From: Lama guanicoe
Taxonomy: Eukaryota
Direction of reading: 5' to 3'
DNA length: 64,000 nt
Assembly (NCBI GenBank): GCA_013239625.1
Contig: MU054098.1
Coordinates: forward strand, 1,346,042-1,410,041
The position numbers were made by a program, and so were the translations under genes. Positions 1 to 13,684 of the stretch are shown here, piece by piece; the first letter of the stretch is position 1, and every line of letters starts with the position of its first letter. The notes under the pieces are model-generated. The model was not told the DNA's origin, made no database searches, and saw only the letters and a program-made list of their open reading frames with translations.

Positions 1-1335
1 GCTAAAGTAAAAAAAAAATTGATAATACCAAATGCTGATAAGGATGCAGAGAAACAATTGTGCATATATTGCTACTGGGAATGTAAAATGGTACAGCCAC
101 TCTGAAAAATAGTTTGGCAATTTCTTATAAAACTAAATATACAGTCGCCATACAAACCAGTAATTGCACTCTTGGGCATTTATTCCAGGGAGATGAAAAC
201 TAAACTCACATTTGCTAAAAAATATATGTATGAAACTTCACAATATGTCTATTTATGACACAAAAACTGGAAACAGCCCAGTTGTCCTTTGACAGTTGCA
301 TGGTATAGGGGAGGTATATGGTTTTTCAGCTGGGCCCAAGAATTCAATTGACATAAGACAGATTAATAGGAGGAAAGTTGACAAATTAATGTAAATTTTA
401 TATGACACGGGAGCCTTCATATGGAATGAAGACACAAAGAAATGGCAAAACCGACATGCTTTTATATTGGGTTGAATAAAGAGAGGCAATTGTGGAAAAG
501 TAACTCAACTATGTGGAGAGGCTAAAGGTAGGTAAGAACTATTTTAAAAGGCCTGCTTATACAGAATTTTCTTGGCTTTATCTCGTTGTCAAAGAGTGCT
601 TCTTTTTTTCTTGGTATAGTGAGGGCCTCTTTCACATGGGAATTTTTATCTCTTGCTTTCAGGAAGAAGAGGGGAGATTAGAGTGCTCTTCTTGCATCTG
701 CTGTTTTACAAGTGCTTTTAGCTAAAATAATCCTTATGCCAAAGTGGCATATTTCAGGGTGGTATATTCTGCCACCCTTCAATGGGTAAACAAATTGTCA
801 TATCTATATTATGGAATGCTACTCTTCAATAAAATAAAGGAACTACTGAAACATGCAACAACTTAAATGCATCTCAAGGACATTATGTGTAGTGAAAAAG
901 CCAATCTCAGAAGCTCACCATTTACATAATATATTTGAAATGACAAAATTATAGACATTGAGAGTGGATTAGTGGTTTCTAGAGCACGATGTTGGGGTGG
1001 GAACACTAAAAACAAGCATGGGGGGAGTTCCTCTGTGGTTATGGAACAGTTTTGTATCTCGACTGTGGTTGTCATTACACATGGGATATAACTTCACAGA
1101 ACTTTATCCACACATGCACGTGCGCGCACACACACACTCAAGTGAGTGCATGTATAACTGGTAAAAATAGAATAAAGTCTGTCGTTTATTTAACAGTATT
1201 GTATCAATGTTAATGTATAATTGTGACATTATACTACATTATGTTAGATATAATCAGTTGTGGAAGCTGAGTGAAAGGTCATAGCATTATATTTACTCTT
1301 TTTCTAACTTCTTGCAAGTTTATAATTATTTCAAA
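1..1335 (+). mobile_element. Old LINE-1 (L1MC-like) ORF2 3' end and 3' UTR, split by the LTR at 304-781
   Basis: Typical L1 3' motifs (gggaatgtaaaatggtacagccactctgaaaaatagtttggca; atggaatgctactc). The L1 sequence resumes at 786 after the LTR. Confidence 0.85.
304..781 (-). mobile_element. Solo ERV1-class LTR, MER34-like
   Basis: The minus strand begins TGAAGGGTGGCAGAATATACCACCCTGAAATATGCCACTTTGGCATAAGGATTATTTT, which resembles the MER34 5' end. Perfect 4-bp TSD ATGG at 300-303 and 782-785. Confidence 0.85.
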
Positions 1336-1359
1336 ATAAAAAGTTTAAGAAAAAAAGAC

Positions 1360-2020
1360 TGAGGAAAACAACTGTTAGTAAGGATGTAGAGCAAGTGGAA
1401 CTCTCAAATCTTACTAGTGATGTTAAGAACGCTACAAAGACTTTGGATTATAATATTGGCAGTCTCTTGAAAACTTAAATAATTAACTACCTTTGATGCA
1501 GGAATTCTATTGCAAGAGAAATGAAAATACGTATATACAAAAAAAGACTTTTACAATGACATTCAAAGTAGCCTTGTTCCTACTATCCCAGAACTAGAAA
1601 CAACCCAACTGTCCATCAACAGGAGAATGGGTAACCAAATTGTCAAGTATTCACACAGTGGGATGCTATTCAGCAATAAAAAGGCATTAACTACTGATAC
1701 AACACCATGGATTCATCTTCAAAATATGTTAAGCATAAAAAGCCAGACACAATGGAGCATAAACTGTATGATTCCCTTTATATGAAATCTGAAGGCAAGC
1801 AAAAACAAACCATGGTGAAAAAAAAATTCAGAACAATGATTGCCCGTGGGTGGGGAAATTTAATTTTAATGGGGCACAAGGGAACTTTGAAGGAAATGGA
1901 AATGTTCTTTATCTTGTTTTGGTTGATGGTTACATGAATTAATATTATCAAAACTCAGTGAACTGTGTAATTAGGATCTATGCATGTTAATGTGTCAAGC
2001 ATAAACCATAGTGAAGTAAA
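1360..2020 (+). mobile_element. Old LINE-1 (L1ME/MD-like) 3' fragment
   Basis: gtaaggatgtagagcaagtggaactctc ... aaacaacccaactgtccatcaacaggagaatgg ... tgtatgattccctttatatgaa. Confidence 0.8.
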
Positions 2021-3644
2021 AGGAAAAGGAAAAAGTGTTGGTTCAAAGTAATGGTAGTAACACTAAAAACACTTTCTATTTTAAAATCGGGTGGAAAAAA
2101 GCAGGAAAAACTTTTTATCTAGTATGTTTACAAATATATTAGAAGTAAATAAAACATACCTAAAATAACTGAATGGAAATATGTCAAAATATTAACAAGG
2201 AGTTAAACAATGGGCATCTTTTTCCTTTCTATCTTTCTGTGAATCAAAAAAATTTTTTGATGAGTATGTATTATTATGAACATTAAATGCATTTAAAAAT
2301 AAATATATTTCAAAGGAAAAATACAGAAATCAAATATGTTTTAATATAAGGCTTTTCATACAAATTAACAAATTAAAACACGAATACATAAATACTTAAC
2401 CATTTGTCATATCATGTGTTCTGATTTTTTTCTTGACTGGTTTACTGAATGATCAAGACTCAATCAACAGATTGTAAGCAGAAATCAACTTTATTATATT
2501 TTCTATTGCCCTTTAAAACCTGTTCCGGGATTATTTCTTTTTTTTTTTTCCACTCCTGGTTGGAAACTCACACATGTCCCAGTTTTTTTGTTCCTCTTAG
2601 ATCATAAGCAGATATTCCCTTTGTTTTAAAATTAAGGGTCTAATCTAATCTAATAGGTACATTACTTTAGTTCGATCCAGTATGACAGTTAAAACTCTTA
2701 AGTTCTAATTTAATTTAAAGTGTCTCCCTTCTCCTAGGTAGGGCCTGGCCCAAACTACAAGTCTGGAATTGGGAAGATGGGCATAGTAAATCACTGCTCT
2801 CTTTTCTAATCCACCTCCTCCTTGCTCACTATCCAAGATTTCTGTTCCCTACAAAGTTTTAGTGAGGAAGAAACACAGAGTGCAGAAAAATGGTAAACTA
2901 GCACTGTGGTCCTCTTTACACAGAGATGTAATATTATTGGTTTTTTCATTTGTGGGGTTCTTTTGGAGGTTCCATACAAGGGGTCTCTCAATGTAGATCT
3001 TTTAATGAGAAAATGTCTTTTTTTTTTTTAACTGACTTCCTAAAATCTTCCCTTTTATCTAATGGGCTTTGGGTTTCATTGCAATATTGGAGTCAGATCA
3101 TCCCACCATTGTCCCTTCCAAGTTTCACCAGGCTGATTTTGTTCAGGAAGGTCCATCCACATTTGCTTCTTAAAAATATGTACACTTGCCCCACTTTCAG
3201 AGGAAGTTCAACCTGCAATAAACAGAGCCCTCCTGTGTGTTTTGCTGCCTTGGGCCAGTGGTACTAGTTAGTGTCTCACCTTTAGCATTCTCAGGCAAGT
3301 AACAGTCTTATGTTTCACAAATTTCATAAACACTTTTCAAACTCTCCCAGTGGTACCCTGAAGCCTCTCTCTAACTTGCTTAAGACGTAAGAGTCGTCCT
3401 CTGCCCCATGCTAGAGCATGCATAAGACAATGCAATTCTCTCTAAAGATAGATTAATTTTCCTATCCATTTCCATATTAAGTCTTACATACTCTCCAAGT
3501 AGGTGAATATATATAATATTGATAGGACTGTTTAATAATCCCACAGCATTTGATGAACATGAGGTCTGGTTCTAGAGTAACCACATCTAGTCAAGAAAGT
3601 TGTCCTGCACAAAAAGACACCTAGCAGAGGGGTCATTTGGCTTA

Positions 3645-3870
3645 CCAAGCCTTGTGCTAAGTCCCCAGGCTGGGTTAGGTGCCCTTCCTCTGTGCTGCCA
3701 CAGCACAGAATGCGTCCCTCTTATCATGACACTACAATAGGATCATTTTGGTTTGACTTACTTCTCTTCCTTACTAGATGGTACAGTCTGTCTTTTCTCT
3801 ATATTTATAGGTCCTGAAAATGGTTGGCATATTATTAATCAATAAATGTTTACTAAATAAATGAATAAAC
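3645..3870 (+). mobile_element. L2 LINE 3' end fragment
   Basis: ccccaggctgggttaggtgcccttcctctgtgct ... aataaatgtttactaaataaatgaataa (L2 tail). Confidence 0.7.
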
Positions 3871-5499
3871 CTATTTTTGCCTTATAGTCTAATGAGAAAG
3901 TAGACTATAGCACCTTGTTCCAATATTTCACCTGTTTTTGGATAACTGCTTCATTATTTGACTTCTCTTTTGCACTGACGATATAGCAAGGATTTTCAAG
4001 AGGGGAAGCTAAAACATGGCCTCAGAGAAGACACACAAATTAATTGAGCTCATTTTGCTGTAAAAAGCAGAGCAAATATAAATTTCAAGTTGGTCACAAT
4101 CATTGTATTAAGGGAATCTTTAAAATGATTTCCACAGAGTTAATTAAAAATGTCTCTTGTTATCTAGGTTCTTTTTCGTTGTTGTTGTTATCTAGGTTCT
4201 TAATTGGTTTATACTGTTTTCTTAGTGAGAAACTTCAGGAGAGATTCAGCAGACAAATACTGAATAAATTATCATATGTTGAAACTGTGCAAACGTTCTG
4301 AAGTGAACAAGCTGATGGTAAAAGCATTTAAAAAAGAACATGGACTTTGCAATGCAATCTTTGAAGAACTGCTCAGAGACCCTTTCCAGTATTTATGATT
4401 TGCTGAGCACAGATGGCTGCATAAAAGGCTTAGCACTCACAAAAAATAGATTATTTCCTTCTCAATATGTAAGCTCCACATAATTAAAATTTAACAGATT
4501 TGTCGTGAAACATGGTGGAGATTACAAAATGATCTTGCTATATAAAGTTTACATTTTAATTATCCTATAAAAAGAATATAATAATAAACCTAACGTTTAG
4601 AAAAACTATTATCTTCAATGTGGAAATGACAGATACTATAATCAGTACTTCTAAAATTTAACACTTAAAAAATTTTTCATTTTGATAAGTACATTGAAAT
4701 GAGAGTTTGAATACATTTGAGTAGTGTTAAGTTTTCCTTAACAGAGGGCAGTAAAATATTCACTCATTACCACATCATAATAATAAAACAATGTTACATA
4801 TTTTTTTAACCAAATGAAAAATGTCAAGATAAATATATTTTCATAGGTACACTACTGTCTATTCACATGTTATCAAAAAAGAGTAGTTGAAGAATTTCTG
4901 GGTTCCCATAGGATAAATTTAGCTACCAAAACCTCAATCTGTATATTACCATCAGAAACTATACAGATAAGCAAGAGAGAGAAGCTCAATTCTCCATTTC
5001 ACCTGTCTACAACTTAATTAAGACTTAGACAGTAGTACAATTTTAAAAATACTTGTATGTATAAACTAAGCACTCCAAACCACTCAGCCATGTTCAGGGC
5101 TCAAGCTAGAGCAGAGTATCAGTTAGACTACATGGAGGACTGGAGAAGAGCTGGGAACAAAGAGAAGCAGAACCAGAAAAATACCATTTCCAGAAAAAGA
5201 AGATTCCTTTATGAGAGAGAAAATGATTAGGAAAATCTGAAAAGTGATGTATCAGAGAACTGAATAGTGGTAAATTTCAAGAAATGGTCATTGAAGTGCA
5301 CAGGGCCAGAAGTATCAGTCTGAGGAAGATATCACTTCTGCAAGAAAAAGATGCAACATGGAAGAGAGATGAATCTTTTGGATGCTTTGTAGAGAGAGGA
5401 GAAAAAAATGAAACAGGGAGGAGGAAGGAGTAACATACGAAGAGAATTTAAGGGTCCTAGAAAAACAAAATCAAGCCCTTTTACCTGCATAAAAGTATA

Positions 5500-5990
5500 C
5501 CATTGATTTTTTTTAAAAAAGCATTTCACTTAAAGTTATAAACCTAATGCATAAACAAAATGCCTTAAACTTACAGATATTGCTAGTCCTGAAGAAATAA
5601 GACATTTAAAACAGAAAACACAAGCATATTCACATGAAACTATTTTGAAAAGAAGAAAGTGACAATCAAATCATTCCAGCTAATAAAAATTATCTGGAAA
5701 CAAAACCAAAAATAAGACAAAACATGAAGAACTAAAAAACTATAATGAGTACTCTAACATGAACTTAATATTCAGAAAAAAGTAAATTGCAGATATGAAA
5801 TAAAACTTCTAATCAGAAATTCAAAACCTGAGTTGCAAACAACCATAGAAACAAAAAGAAATGAGAGGTGATCAAACTCAGGAATAAAATTGAAGGCAAA
5901 AGAATAAGAAATAAAGATTATAGAAAGTACCCAAGGGAGAATAGATTCAAATAAATATCTAATAAGAGGAAAAAAAATAAAAATCACTAA
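5500..5990 (+). mobile_element. Ancient L1/HAL1-like ORF1-region fragment
   Basis: Degenerate A-rich sequence resembling the ORF1 coiled-coil region. Boundaries are uncertain. Confidence 0.45.
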
Positions 5991-6071
5991 GTACCTGATA
6001 ATGATTAAGAACCTCTCCAGTAAAAGTTATAAACCCTGGACACAATATTTAAGTCACAGGTAAATAAATAT

Positions 6072-6622
6072 TGCTTACATTTTTAATTTTTTGTATATCA
6101 TGATATTTTGAAATCTTTTAAGATTAACTTTTCTCCCTGAGGAGTAACATCCACTCCCTGGGCTGGCCAGTTCTTAAGAGACAGTAAAGAGCTCAACCAG
6201 GAGCATGTCTTGGGTATGCAAATTAACCAGGCCAGAGCCACGCCTCTTCTATCTGGCCTACACTCCCCAGAAAGCAATATTCCTCTGTCTTAATCATTCC
6301 AGGGCTAGGTACTAGGCAACTAGGGACCATCTCTATGGCTTAGAGCCCAACAAAATTATTCACATTAGCCAATCCTAAACTGTTTGCCCTGCCCTGCTTG
6401 CCTTTCTTGTGAAAACTCTAGTACAACCTACAGCTTAGACGCTCGTCTCACTGTTGTACCTTCTACCTCCTGACTTATGGTGATGCTATCCCATGTGGCC
6501 CTGAGTTATGTTCCATGCCTCCGGTTTCTAGGACCTGTGAGTATAGTAAACTTTGTTTTCCTGAGCCTCCCAACCATTTCCTCTTGTGCCAGAGATGACC
6601 GACCATCACCCAGAAGAACACA
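6072..6622 (+). mobile_element. Solo ERVL LTR, MER74-like
   Basis: Core ccagggctaggtactaggcaactagggacc...agagcccaacaaaattattcacattagccaatcctaaac matches my recall of MER74. TG...CA termini. Confidence 0.75.
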
Positions 6623-6725
6623 GAATAATGAGGGAAGCTATGCATATGTGGGGGAAGGGGATAAATGGAAACTACTTTCCAATTTTGCCATGAACCTAAC
6701 ACTACTTTAAAAAATAAAGTTTTTT
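6623..6725 (+). mobile_element. L1MB/MC-type extreme 3' end fragment
   Basis: tgcatatgtgggggaagggg...caattttgccatgaacctaacactactttaaaaaataaagt. Confidence 0.65.
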
Positions 6726-7576
6726 TTTAAGTGAACAGTTTCTCAGAGACTTGATAATTAATAACAGTTAGACTAAATATATGTAACTGGGGCCCCAGAA
6801 GAAGAAAGAAAAAAAATAGGGCAGGAAATACATTTGAATGAAAGTGGCTATAATATTTCTAAATTTGATGAAACATGTAAATTCAAAGAATCTGGATGCT
6901 CAAGGAACTTCAGTCAGAATAAACATTTAAGTACTCCTTGTCTGGGCATTTTATAATCACACAGTTGAAAGTTGAAATGAAGAAAATCTTGAAAGTAGCA
7001 ACAGGGAAATGGCATATTATGTACAGAAGAGCCATGAGTCATTTACTAGTTAGCTACTCATCAAGCAGTATGAAGGTTAGAAGAGAATGAAGGAACATAT
7101 TTCAATTACTGAATGAAAAAATACACCTGTCAACCATATTTTCTTTTTCCAATGAAGATATCCTTCAATAATGAAGAGAAAATAAATTCTTTTCAAATAA
7201 AAAAAATAAAGGAATGTGATACCATTGGGCCTATAGTATAGGAAACAGTAAAGAAGTTACTCAGGCAAAAGTAAGTTGATGCCAAGCGGAAATTTGAATC
7301 CTGACAAAGAAATGAAGAACACCGATAATGATAAATACAAAAAGATAAATTTCCTTTAAATTCCTTCAAAACATGACAGTTTAAAACAAACTTTATAACA
7401 CCTCTTAAGGGTATATAATCTATGGTGATGTAATACATTTAATAACTATAGCATAAAAGATGGGAAGGAGATGAACTGACCTTTATGGTTACAAGGTTTC
7501 TACATTTATTGGAAGTCATGCAACATTAACTCAAAGTGGATTGTGAAACGTTAAGAATATAGCTATAACCTTGTAA

Positions 7577-8024
7577 TGTAGTTTTAAAAATGCTATATTG
7601 GCTCAGTTTTGAGACCCTGATGGGAGGCAGTTCAGTTCCTCTTCCTGAGCAGCCAGTTAAGTTCACACTCCCAACCACCTCCTTTATCAGGCTTACACTG
7701 CAGGCCACACATACACCTGCACTAACTGTCCCAGGGCTAGATACCAGACAACCAAGGACAAACTCTACGCCTCAGAGCCAACTGAAATGATTTAAACCCA
7801 ATTGCCCTGCCTCATTCTTTTCTTCCCACAAAACCCAGTAAATGTGCTTTCCCACAGGTTTCTCTCTCCCTCTGCCTCTAGTGTTTCCCAAGTTGTCCTG
7901 GGTAGCATGCTGTATTCTTCTCATGGACCTGTAAGTATAACAAACTGTAAAACTGTTTCAGGTTTCACTCTCTTGATGTGTGTCTGGCCTCACCATATCA
8001 CATCCAATGTAGTATGGTTAAAAT
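7577..8024 (+). mobile_element. Solo ERVL LTR of the MER73/MER74/MER54 group, inserted in the L1 inter-ORF region
   Basis: Shares the cccagggctagataccagacaaccaaggac...agagccaactgaaatgatt core with the LTR at 6072. The host L1 (tgtaatccctagag) rejoins across it. Confidence 0.7.
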
Positions 8025-8601
8025 AAATCCCTAGAGAAGTCACTGTAAAAAGGAAGCAAATAAGTGTAGCAGAAAAAAAAAAGAATGAAAGCCAATGAAA
8101 ATATTTAAATGGAATACTAAGATTTAGTCAAATAGTACAAAAAAGGAAAAAAGATAAGCGTAAAGCATAAATTAAACACGTTAAAATTACAAACATGAAC
8201 CAGTATCAATAATTAAACTTTCATGAATCAAAAACAAACACTATAACAAAATGACAGATTTTTAAGAATGCATAAAAAAGCAAGACTCAACTACATGCTG
8301 TGTACAGAAGACACATCTCACATATAAAACATAGATAGGATGAAAGTAAATGGATTAAAAATGTATAACATGTAAGCAGTATGCATAAAAACTCTCAAAC
8401 AACCATTTAATACAAAATAGATCTAAGACAGAGTATTATCAAAAATAAAATGAGACATTTCGTAAGAATTAAGGGAATGATTCATCCCTAACACTTAACT
8501 CATAAATATGCATCTGCCTAATAACAGAGCTATGGTATATATAAAACAAAAATTGATAGAACCACAGAGAGAGACAATACCACAATCATAGTAGGAGATA
8601 T

Positions 8602-9364
8602 TGTCAAGATTAGGAAGATCCAGCTGACAATCCCAAGTAAGGATTCCCACCACATAGAGGACATCAAAGATCATGATAATGCCAGCACCCAGAAGTAGGA
8701 GTCCACAGACCTCAGCCCACTGAATCTTCTGTGGGTTCGGATTCACCAAGGAAGACTCAATACCAAGGCATTGGTTAGAAAAATACTTTATTCACAAAAA
8801 GGAGAAGAGTCACAGAAGGTCAGTGTCTGTAGTGTGTGCTTGCCTCCCATTGCCAGCTGGTCCCTCTCAATACCCAGCACAGCACCACCGCACACCTCTT
8901 AACCGCAAAGAATTCATTCTCTTCTAACGGAAGTGAGGGTGGTCAGGTATCACATGACACACACACTTAAGCAATGTAAGTAAGTTCTTCTCATACCCAG
9001 GACGGAGGAAAGGTTTTTTCCTAATAAGGAGGAAGAATCTGGCACTAAGCAACAATTCATCACCCACCTTCCATATAGGGGAATGTTTTAGGCCCAGGGC
9101 ACTGATTGGGCAATCCCAGAGAGGGGTGGCAGGTCATGCAATGGCTACTTCCCCAACACAAAGTACCTATTCCAATGAGAACAAAAGGTTGCCCCCTCTA
9201 TGGTGGAAGCAGTCCACTGCAATTAACCTGCCGTCAGGTAACTTGGCTGATCACCCCGAGGAACAGCGCCATACTGAATAATCAGTATGTCCTCTGCTGC
9301 TGGTGTGCTGGGCACTCAGGTGTCCATAGCCATGGCAGGTCATAGGATGGCTGCTTCCCCAACG
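8602..9364 (-). mobile_element. ERVL-class LTR element (possibly MER70-like) containing an integrase fragment
   Basis: 5-bp TSD GATAT (8597-8601) / GATAC (9365-9369) inside L1 ORF2. Minus-strand AATAAA (tttatt near 8788). The terminus TGTTGGGGAAG(T/C)AGCCAT occurs twice. Confidence 0.8.
9160..9325 (-). pseudogene. ERV-L pol integrase fragment (frameshifted, with stops)
   Basis: Manual translation across frameshifts gives ECPAHQQQR / QYGAVPRGDQP / T*RQVNCSGLLPP*RGQPFVLIGIGT. This matches the HERV-L IN segment ECPICQQQR...YGTIPRGDQPATWWQVDYIGPLPSWKGQRFVLTGIDT as I recall it. Confidence 0.85.
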
Positions 9365-12049
9365 GATACTAACACTACTCTCGCAGAAATTGATAGAACA
9401 ACTAGATAAAATCAGCAAAGACATAGAAAATCTGAAAAACACACTATCAACCACTTTGAACTACAGCCAACAACTACAGAATATACATTATATTTACGTG
9501 TACACAATGAAACTATCAATCTAAGGGCATGAAGCCAATAACAATAAATTTAAAACGACTGACAGAGTACAGAATATGCTTTCTGATCAGAGTGGAATTA
9601 AAGTAGAAATCAATAGCAACAAGACATACATGCATGAAAACTGTAATTGTTTAGAAATTAAAAAACATATTTCTAAATAACCTTGGGTGAAAGAAGAAAT
9701 CAAAAGGAAAGTTAGGAGATACTTTAAACTGAATTTAATAAAAATGTGACATGGAAACTTGTGAGATGCATCTAAAGAAGTACTTAGGGGAGTATAGTTA
9801 TAGCCTTAAATGCATATATTAGAAATAAGAAAGATCCAAAACCAATAACCTAAGAATTTATCTAAAGAAACTAGACAAAGAAGAACAAAATTAAACCAAA
9901 ATAAACAGAAGGAAGGAAATAATAATGATAAAGGCAGATAGCAATTGAACAGAAAATAAATAAAAATTAGAGAAAATAAATGAAACCAAAAGCTGGTTCT
10001 CAAAAAAGATCAATAAATTTGATCAAAACAAAAAAAGAATATACCAACTACTAGTATGAGAAATAAAAGTGGGGAAATAACTATCTATAGATACTACAAA
10101 CATTAAAAGACTAATAAGGGGATACTACAACTTTCCTGCCAAAGAAAGTGGCAGTTTAGATAAATTGGCAACTCTTTGAAAGACACGATATCAAAACTGA
10201 CACAAGAAAAAAAAAATAATGCATTGCCATATACAAATTAAAGAAATTGAATTTATAGTTAAAATCCTTACTTCAAAGAAACTTCAGGCCCAGGTGGCTT
10301 CATTAATATCATCAAACATTTAGTAGAAATAATAGCAATCCTACACAAACACTTTCAGAATATAGAAGAAAAATGAGTATGTTCCAACTTACTGGAGAAA
10401 ATCATTACTTTATTAATAGAAAAACCACACACAGACACCGCCAAAAAAGAAAACTACATATCAGTATTCCAATGAATATAGATATAAATTTTTTTGGAAA
10501 ATATTATGAACCCAAATCCAGCAACCCCGATGGGTTTGACCCTAGGACTTCAAAACTGATTTACTATCCAAAAAAAAAAATCAGTTAATTAAATCACCAT
10601 GTTGAAACAGTAAAAGATAAGAAAACATATAATAATTTTATAGATGCAGGAAAAGCATTATACATCCAACAGCCACTAATGATAAAAAAAAATCTCTCAG
10701 AAAACTAGAAATAGAAAGAAACATCCTCACATTGATAAAAGTCACATAAAAATTACCAACAGCTTTTATACTTAGTAATGAAAAAGTGACTGCTCTTACC
10801 TTAAGATGGGGAACAAGGCAGAGATGTCTGCTCTCAGCATTGCTATTCAGCATCACATTCAGGTTCTCAGTAACTGGAATAAAGTAAGCAAAAGAAAAGA
10901 CATTAGCAAAGAATAAAATTATCTTTGTTCATAAAACACAAGACTGTTTACATAGAAGTCCCTGAGGAATATACATGACATGCTCATGTGAATAAAATCT
11001 TAAGGAAATTACAACAGAGCTACTAGATCTAATAATTTAATTTAGCAAGGTCACAGGATATAAAGTCAGTATACCTTTTATCAAAATTAAATTTTTTGTT
11101 CTTTGAAGGATACAATGGAAGAACAGGAAAAGGCAAGCCATATATTAGGAGAAAATATTTGCAAACATATCTGTCATATCTCTGACAAAAGCTTGTAAAT
11201 GTAATATATAACCAAAATATTAAGAAGCTAAATAAACCAATTAAAATTGGCAAACCATTTTAATGGACACTTTAGCCAAGAAAGTATATGAATGGCTAAT
11301 GAGCAAATACAGATGTCACCACTAGGCATCAGGGAAATAGAAATTAACTGCACAACATTAAAATACTACACACCCACTATAATGGCTAAAATTGAAAAGA
11401 CTGACAACATTCAGTGTTGGTGAAGATCTAAAGGAACTGGTGGTGGGATTGCAAAGTGGTAAAATCTCATTGGAAAGCAGTTTGGCAGTTCTTTATGAAA
11501 TTAAATGCACATTTACTATAGAATTCAGTAATCCCACTTGTAAGTATTTACTGAAGTGAAATACATATATTCACAAAAGACTCACATATGAATTAAGACT
11601 ACATTATTCTCAGTTGCATTATTCATAATATTCAAGCATCTGAAATAACCTCCATTTCCATCAACTGGTGAATATATTTGTAAAAGTAGAGTAAATCTGT
11701 GCTATTTATATCTACTCAATAATAAAAAAGAATGAACCACTGGTACATAGAACAATATGAGGTGAATCTTACAAACATTCTGAGGGGAAAATATATATCC
11801 ATTTGTTTGGAATTCTACAGAAGGCAAAATATAATGTCAGAAAGTGCATTAGTATATTCGTTGGGATATAGGATTGTTTTTTAGGGAATGAAATTTAATA
11901 CAAACAGAAATAATGTAACCACATGGTATAGTGGTAATATTATATATTTTGATTATGGTAATATTATTATATAAAACTGTGTACCTAAAAATGGGGCAAT
12001 TTATTTTATAATGTGTTTTGTGTAAACTTTATCTCAATAAATATGGGCA

Positions 12050-13680
12050 AAAAGAGCAGCCAAGAAAGTAAAAACATAATAATGAAGAGATACAAATTGT
12101 ATGTGTGAACTGATATAGCAATTAAGCAAAGAAAATACAGCATATTTACAATTTGGGTTCTTAAAGAAGAAAACAAAAACAATGAAACATAAATAATACT
12201 CAAAACTATAATCAAAGAAAACTTTTCCATGGATAGAAGATATGAATCTAAGTGGTTAAAGGATTTATTGTGATACTTGAGTTGTCTACACCAGCATATC
12301 CTAGTAAAACTATTAGACTTTAAATATAAAGAGTGAACCCTCAGGTCTTCTGGGGATGAGGTGGGTGACTAGTCATTTACTAAGGAAAGAAAATCAAGTT
12401 GGCATAGTCTTCTCCCCATCTAGATGTAAAGCAATACTGGAGCATTATTTAAAACAAACAAAAAAGTTCAAAGAAATATATTATAGCCAAGGATTTTATA
12501 TCAGTCCAGTTACTCAGTTTTAAAGGCTATAGAAAAACAGTTTCAATCATTAAAGTACTTAGATAACATTATATTCATGTATCTTTTCAGATGAATATAA
12601 TAGAAGACCAGCTTTATCCAATCAAGATATGACTGGGGATACTTAGGCAAAAGAACTAATGGTGTATATTGAATATTTTCAATTACAGAACTTAGACTAA
12701 GAAGTGGAAACAACCATAGGTGACTGGCACGTAAGTGATATTTATTCAAAGTAGAAATAACACACATAAAATTGGAAGAGAAGGGAGAGAGAAATGAAAA
12801 TAGATAAATCTCATTGATTGTTACATAAGTAATAAGTGGGAGTCAAATGATCTTGTTTAAAAATAATTTTAAAATGGTAGAAGCCAAAATTAAAAAAGGG
12901 GTATAGGGCATTATAGAAGATGTTAGATTAAAGATACACCTTCCTAAATAGTAGAAGAGAGAAGAACAAGGAAAATAGACTACGTTAAGATGATATCTAG
13001 AAAATATAAAATAACACATTAATACAGCATGAATAGTATGAAATAATTGATATCAAAATAATTCATTTATATAAGGATAAATGGGCTTAACTCCCATATT
13101 AAAAGAATTTGAGATTGGCTTATAAAGCAAAACCCACACTTAGCTGATTAAAAGACACCTAAATCAAAGTAATTTAGAAAAGCAAAATGAAAAAAATGAA
13201 CAAATGTATATAAGTGAAATGCAAGGAATAAGTAGGTGCTATGATCCTGATATTAGAGAAAGTATATTCAACTCCAAAATATGTTAATTAGAAAAAGATA
13301 TTTTATAATTTCAAAGGCCACAATTCACAATAAAAAATAACATGAATATATATGTATCAAATAACATAGGAAACACCTTCATAAAACAGAAATACCTAGA
13401 AAGACAAGAGCTACTTGGTGAAATAGAGTACTACTTGTAATAGAGTTAACATGTAACTCAAAGAGAGGTCAAGTGCAGACAAATAGCCAAGGATATAAGA
13501 GACTTAAACAATATAATAAATAGCTGTATAATAATAGGGAGTAAGTCTTTTTCCCAAATGTCAAAGTACATCTTCAAAATTGGCCATATATCAGGTCACA
13601 ACGAAAATCTCAGTAAGTTTCATAAAGGAAAACTAAAACCAACATTATCTGGTTATACTAAAACAAAACATAAATTCTCT
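12050..13680 (+). mobile_element. Ancient L1ME/HAL1-like ORF1 to ORF2-start fragment
   Basis: cctagtaaaactattagactttaaa...gaaaatcaagttggc; aaatgggcttaactcccatattaaaag (endonuclease start); aaaattggccatatatcaggtcac. Confidence 0.7.
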
Positions 13681-13684
13681 TCAA

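Larger units (their letters stand above)
6730..12045 (+). mobile_element. Long decayed LINE-1 (ORF1 C-terminus, ORF2 with internal deletion near 11090, 3' UTR), interrupted by two LTRs
   Basis: ORF1 motifs at 6780-7250. ORF2 endonuclease start near 8200-8600. RT-region motifs (atagatgcaggaaaagcatt; ggaacaaggcagagatgtctgctctca). 3' end with aataaa near 12036. Confidence 0.85.

Noticed and set aside
3090..3215. Minus-strand exon after the acceptor-like ctctgtttattgcag
   Set aside because: The best frame (VELPLKVGQVYIFLRSK...) stops after 39 codons. There is no convincing donor and no recognisable protein.
4441..4540. Minus-strand exon ending at GTGAGT (4435-4440)
   Set aside because: Stop codons in all three frames.
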